Source: Malacoraja senta (taxonomy: Eukaryota). Taken from it: 53,127 nucleotides of DNA. The stretch spans positions 124,001 through 177,127 of the forward strand of contig JAXLNO010000539.1 in NCBI GenBank assembly GCA_038087875.1, read 5' to 3'. The translations under genes and the position numbers were made by a program. The notes beneath the pieces were generated by a model, which was not told where the DNA came from, ran no database searches, and saw only the letters and a list, made by a program, of their open reading frames with translations. Below are positions 48,553-53,127 of this stretch, piece after piece; position 1 is the first letter of the stretch; every line of letters begins with the position of its first letter.

Positions 48553-49790
48553 ATAGACAATAGACAATAGGCGCAGAAGTAGGCCATTCGGCCCTTCGAG
48601 CCAGCACCGCCATTCAATGTGATCATGGCTGATCATCCCCAATCAGTACCCCGTTCCTGCCTTCTCCCCATATCCCCTGACTCCGCTATCTTTAAGAGCC
48701 CTATCTAGCTCTCTCTTGAAAGTATCCAGAGAACCGGCCTCCACCGCCCTCTGAGGCAGAGAATTCCACAGACTCACCACTCTCTGTGAGAAAAAGTGTT
48801 TCCTCGTCTCCGTTCTAAATGGCTTACCCCTTATTCTTAAACTGTGTGTGGCCCCTGGTTCTGGACTCCCCCAACATCGGGAACATGTTTCCTGCCTCTA
48901 GCATGTCCAAACCCTTAATAATCTTATATGTTTCAATAAGATGCCCTCTCATCCTTCTAAACTCCAGAGTGTACAAGCCCAGCCGCTCCATTCACTCAGC
49001 ATATGACAATCCCGCCATCCCGGGAATTAACCTGGTGAACCTACGCTGCGCTCCCTCAATAGCAGGAATGTCCTTCCTCAAATTAGGGGACCAAAACTGC
49101 ACACAATACTCCAGGTGTGGCCTCACTTCTTATAGAAACTTACAAAATTCTTAAGGGGTTGGTCAGGCTAGATGCAGGAAGATTGTTCCCGATGTTGGGG
49201 AAGTCCAGAACAAGGGGTCACAGTTTAAGGATAAGGGGGAAATCTTTTAGGACCGAGATGAGAAAAACATTTTTCACACAGAGAGTGGTGAATCTCTGGA
49301 ATTCTCTGCCACAGAAGGTAGTTGAGGCCAGTTCATTGGCTATATTTAAGAGGGAGTTAGATGTGGCCCTTGTGGCTAAAGGGATCAGGGGGTACGGAGA
49401 GAAAGCAGGTGCAGGATACTGAGTTGGATGATCAGCCATGATCATATTGAATGGCGGTGCAGGCTCGAAGGGCCGAATGGCCTACTCCTGCACCTATTTT
49501 CTATGTATCTATGAAGGCCAACAGGCCAAAACTGCACACAATACTCCAGGTATGGTCTCACTTGGGCTCTGTACAACTGCAGAAGGACCTCTTTGCTCCT
49601 ATACTCAACTCCTCTTGTTATGAAGGCCAACATGCCATTCGCTTTCTTCACTGCCTGCTGTACCTGCATGCTTACTTTCAGTGACTGATGAACAAGGACC
49701 CCCCCAGATCCCGTTGTACTTCCCCTTTTCCCAACTTGACACCATTTAGATAACAACCTGCCTTCCTGTTTTGGCCACCTGTGGATCACC
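48553..49790. mobile_element. Antisense CR1 with a sense CR1 (49129-49510) inserted
   Basis: 38-bp duplication 49091-49128 / 49526-49563. Confidence 0.85.
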
Positions 49791-50293
49791 TCCCAGTGGA
49801 AGATAAAGTCCTTTTCCACTTTTTTTTTCCCCGCGGTGTGCGGAGCCTCTAGGCGCGGGCGCCGCGTGGTCTTCCCATCGCGGAGTCTGGGGTCCCTCGC
49901 CGGGGATCGCCGGGGGGAAGAGCTCCGACCGCCGGCCTGCGGCCTACAACACCGCGAAGCCCCGGGTCTCCGGTTGGAAGCGGCCGATTCGGGAACCTCC
50001 AAGAGTCTCCGTCGGTCCCGACGTCGGAGTTTCGGGCATCCCGACGAGAGGGCCCGCAGATCGGGCCGTCCGTAGCGGCGACTTCATGGTCCCCGACCAC
50101 GGGTCAACAACGGAGGAAGACTGACTGAACGCTGTTGCCTTCCACCACAGCGGAGAATGTTGATTCCACTGTGGTGGACGTTCATGGCGTATTATCCTGT
50201 GTGTTGTGCTCTTTCTGTTTGAATGCCTGCATGGCCGGACATAGTGTGAACTCCATCATCAAGTTCGCCGACGACACCACTGTCGTGGGACGT

Positions 50294-51240
50294 ATAATAA
50301 TAATAATAATAATCATTTTATTTACTGGCGCCTTTCTAAAACCCAAGGACACCTTACAATGCATAGAATCACAGCAAAACAGAAAAAACACATAATCGGA
50401 ATAAATTAAATAAAAAAACACCACAGTACACAAATCAAGGACAGAATTCAATTTCAAAAGCACCAAAATAAAATAAGAAACACAATTTGAGGAGAGAGCA
50501 GCGGCGAACAATTCGCACCAGCGTCCACTCTCCCCTCCGACCGCCATCTTGCACACAGACTAACAGGCACAGCACACACAAAATCATCCCCCCACAATGA
50601 CCACCACTGTGGGGGAAGGCACAATGTCCAGTCCCCAACCCCAGTTCTCCCCAGAGTCAGGCACATCGAGGCCGCCACAGTTGCCTCTACGGAGGCCCGA
50701 TGTTCCTGGCCATCGGGAGAGCCCTCGCAGCGGCTGGAACGGCCGGTTTCCCAGCGGAGTCCGTGGCACCCGAAGCCGACAGGGCCGCGCCGATTTGGAG
50801 CCACGAGGCTCCCGATGTTGGAGTCGGCGCTAGCCGCCCGCGGCTGGTCGCTCCGCAGTCCCGCAGCCCGGAGGTGTTGAAGTCGGCGGTCCAGCTCACC
50901 GGAGCTCCAGCGCGTCGACCCAGGCAAGGCATCGCCCGCTACGCTCCCCGATAGCGCTCCAGCGCTGTGCCGCCACCGAAGCTGAAGGTGCTGGGCGGTC
51001 CCCGTCAGGAAACGGCGCTTCATGCCCGCTGGTAGGCCGCAAGGACAGGTCGACGAGGCAGCCTGGAGAAAAAGCTGCCTCGCCGACCAGGTAGGGACCT
51101 AGAAATAGTTTCCCCCTTACCCCCCCACATTAAAAGTAAAAAAAAAACAAACAAAGAAATAAAAACCACTAAAACTAAAGAAACAGTGAATTTGACGGGC
51201 GGCTGCTGTTTAGCAGCCGTTCCTCCAAGATGGCGGCTCA
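50294..51240 (-). mobile_element. About 950-bp non-autonomous element with L2-like 3' end
   Basis: Minus strand begins gagccgccatcttgg and ends tgtaaggtgtccttgggttttagaaaggcgcc..aataaaatga(tta)n; no real ORF. Confidence 0.65.
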
Positions 51241-52043
51241 CTAACTGATGGCGGTATCACTGATGGTGACGAGCCAGGGTATAGAAGAGAGATCGATCGA
51301 CCGACTGACCAAATGGTGCCAGCACAATAACCTGGCCCTCAACACCAGCAAAACCAAGGAACTGACTGTGGACTTTGGAAGGGGTAGGATAGGGGACCCA
51401 CAGTCCCGTTTATATCAACGGGTCGATGGTGGAAAGGGTCAGGAACGTCAAGTTCCTGGGCGTGCACAGTTCCGAAGATCTCTCCTGGTCCCAGAACACT
51501 GGTGCAATCGTAAAGAAAGCACATCAGCGCCTCTGCTTCCTGAGAAGACTACGGAGAGTCGGTTTGTCAAGGGAGGGCTCTGTCGAACTTCTACAGGTGC
51601 ACAGTAGAGAGCATGCTGACCGGTTGCACCGTGGCTTGGTTCGGCAACTCGAGCGCCCAGGAGCGGAAAAGGATGCAGAAAGTGGTGACCACTGCCCAGT
51701 CCATCACCGGCTCCGACCTCCCCACCATCGAGGGGACCTATCGCAGTCGCTGCCTCAAAAAGGCTGGCAGCATCGTCAAGGACCCACACACCATCCTGGC
51801 CACACACTCATTAGAGATTAGAGATTAGAGATTCCTTTATTTGTCATTCAGACCTTTCGGTCTGAACGAAATTTTGTTGCCTGCAGTCATACGTATAATA
51901 ATAAATAACAAAACACACAATAAACACAAATTTAACATCCACCACAGTGAGTTCACCAGGCACCTCCTCACTGCGATGGAGGCAAAAGTCTTAAAGTCTC
52001 TGTCTCTTCCCTCCTTGTTCTCCCTCATCTCTCCGCTACCATT

Positions 52044-52292
52044 TTTTTTTTTTTTTTTTTTTTTTTTTCCCGTAAATGTTTTTTTTATTAGATTTTTAAA
52101 CAAATGTACAATTTACAAGGAAGGGTAGAAAGCTCACACAATTTAAAAAACATTTACACAAAACTATCAAATTAAAATATTAACATTTTTATCTATAATA
52201 TATTCAACCTCCTGCGGTGACCAGCGTTCACAGAAGGCCTCCACAGTCCCCGTGGACACCGCGTGTTCCCTCTCTAGGGACACGCGGGCACG
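52044..52292 (-). mobile_element. Tx1-type L1 3' end with poly-A and 14-bp TSD
   Basis: RARVSLEREHAVSTGTVEAFCERW; TSD tctccgctaccatt 52030-52043 and 52293-52306. Confidence 0.8.
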
Positions 52293-52741
52293 TCTCCGCT
52301 ACCATTGGGAGCCTTGAAATCTGCAACATCCAGGTTCAGGAATAGCTCCTTCCCCACAGCCATCAGGCTATTAAACTCGCCAACAAACGGACTCTGAACT
52401 GTAACAGCCTATTGGACTTTATCTGTTTATTTATGTGTATATTGTACTGATCTGATCTGTATTTTTGCCTACAATATTCTGTTGTGCTGCAGCAAAGCAG
52501 GAATTTCATTGTCCAATCTGGGATACAATGACAATAGACTTGACTCTCTTGGTAAGTCACATTCCGCCGTACCTTAATTGTGGCAATAAAGGTGAACTTG
52601 AACTCGAACTAGAGATACTAAGGTGGATAAACCTGCCGCAAGCTTACATTGAGATTCTCGCAGCAGGGCACGGGACTACTGCAGATACACCACATCATCG
52701 GTTAATTTCACATATAACTCCGGAGACTCAAGATGACTTTC

Positions 52742-53127
52742 GTACGCTGAGAGAATGGAGCGGCTGGGCTTGTACACTCTGGAGTCTCGAAGGATGAGAG
52801 GGCGATCTTATTGAAACATATAAGAATATTAAGGCACACAAAAATGCTGGAGAAACTCAGCGGGTGCAGCAGCATCTATGGAGCGAAGGAAATAGGCCAC
52901 GTTTCGGGCCGAATCCCTTCTTCAGACTGATCAGACTGATAGATGCTCCAGCACCCGCTGAGTTTCTCCAGCATTTTTGTGTACCTTCGATTTTCCAGCT
53001 TCTGCAGTTCCTTCTTAAACAAGATTATTAAGGGTTTGGACACGCTAGAGGCAGGAAACATGTTCCCGATGTTGGGGGGGAGTCCAGAACCAGGGGCCAC
53101 ACACACACAGTTTAAGAATTTAAGGGT
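52742..53127 (+). mobile_element. CR1 fragment interrupted by an inverted Penelope-derived pair (52835-53020)
   Basis: TSD aagaatattaagg 52822-52834 / aagattattaagg 53021-53033. Confidence 0.85.

Larger units (their letters stand above)
50235..52545 (+). mobile_element. Rex1/Babar LINE RT-to-3' fragment split by three insertions
   Basis: NSIIKFADDTTVVGR / TDGDE...RLTKWCQHNNLALNTSKTKEL / KFLGVH..EDLSW...KKAHQRL / FPTAIRLLN. Confidence 0.85.

Overview
Eukaryotic, repeat-saturated DNA with no protein-coding gene I can support; it is probably intergenic or a large intron. The repeat mix (HE1/V-SINE-type tRNA SINEs sharing tails with CR1/HER1-type LINEs) points to a cartilaginous fish, probably a skate or ray (inference). 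Contents: many 5'-truncated CR1 LINE 3' ends; L1, Tx1, L2, Rex1/Babar and Vingi/RTE-type fragments; Penelope-like elements and their short pseudo-LTR derivatives; tRNA-derived SINEs; PIF/Harbinger-like and hAT-like MITEs; a 36-37 bp minisatellite; an (AACTCC)n microsatellite; and a 200-N gap. Every ORF I could recognise is transposon debris or low-complexity sequence. Top observations: (1) a 140-bp TSD-flanked retroposon whose first 54 nt fold as a minimal HDV-like ribozyme (20326-20465, minus strand), with a candidate Vingi-like partner LINE fragment nearby; (2) more than 20 copies of a minimal hammerhead-like core in short Penelope-derived units that move with their own TSDs; (3) a 184-bp inverted duplication of non-repeat-looking DNA bracketing about 10.3 kb; (4) CR1 insertions with unusually long flanking duplications and templated filler.
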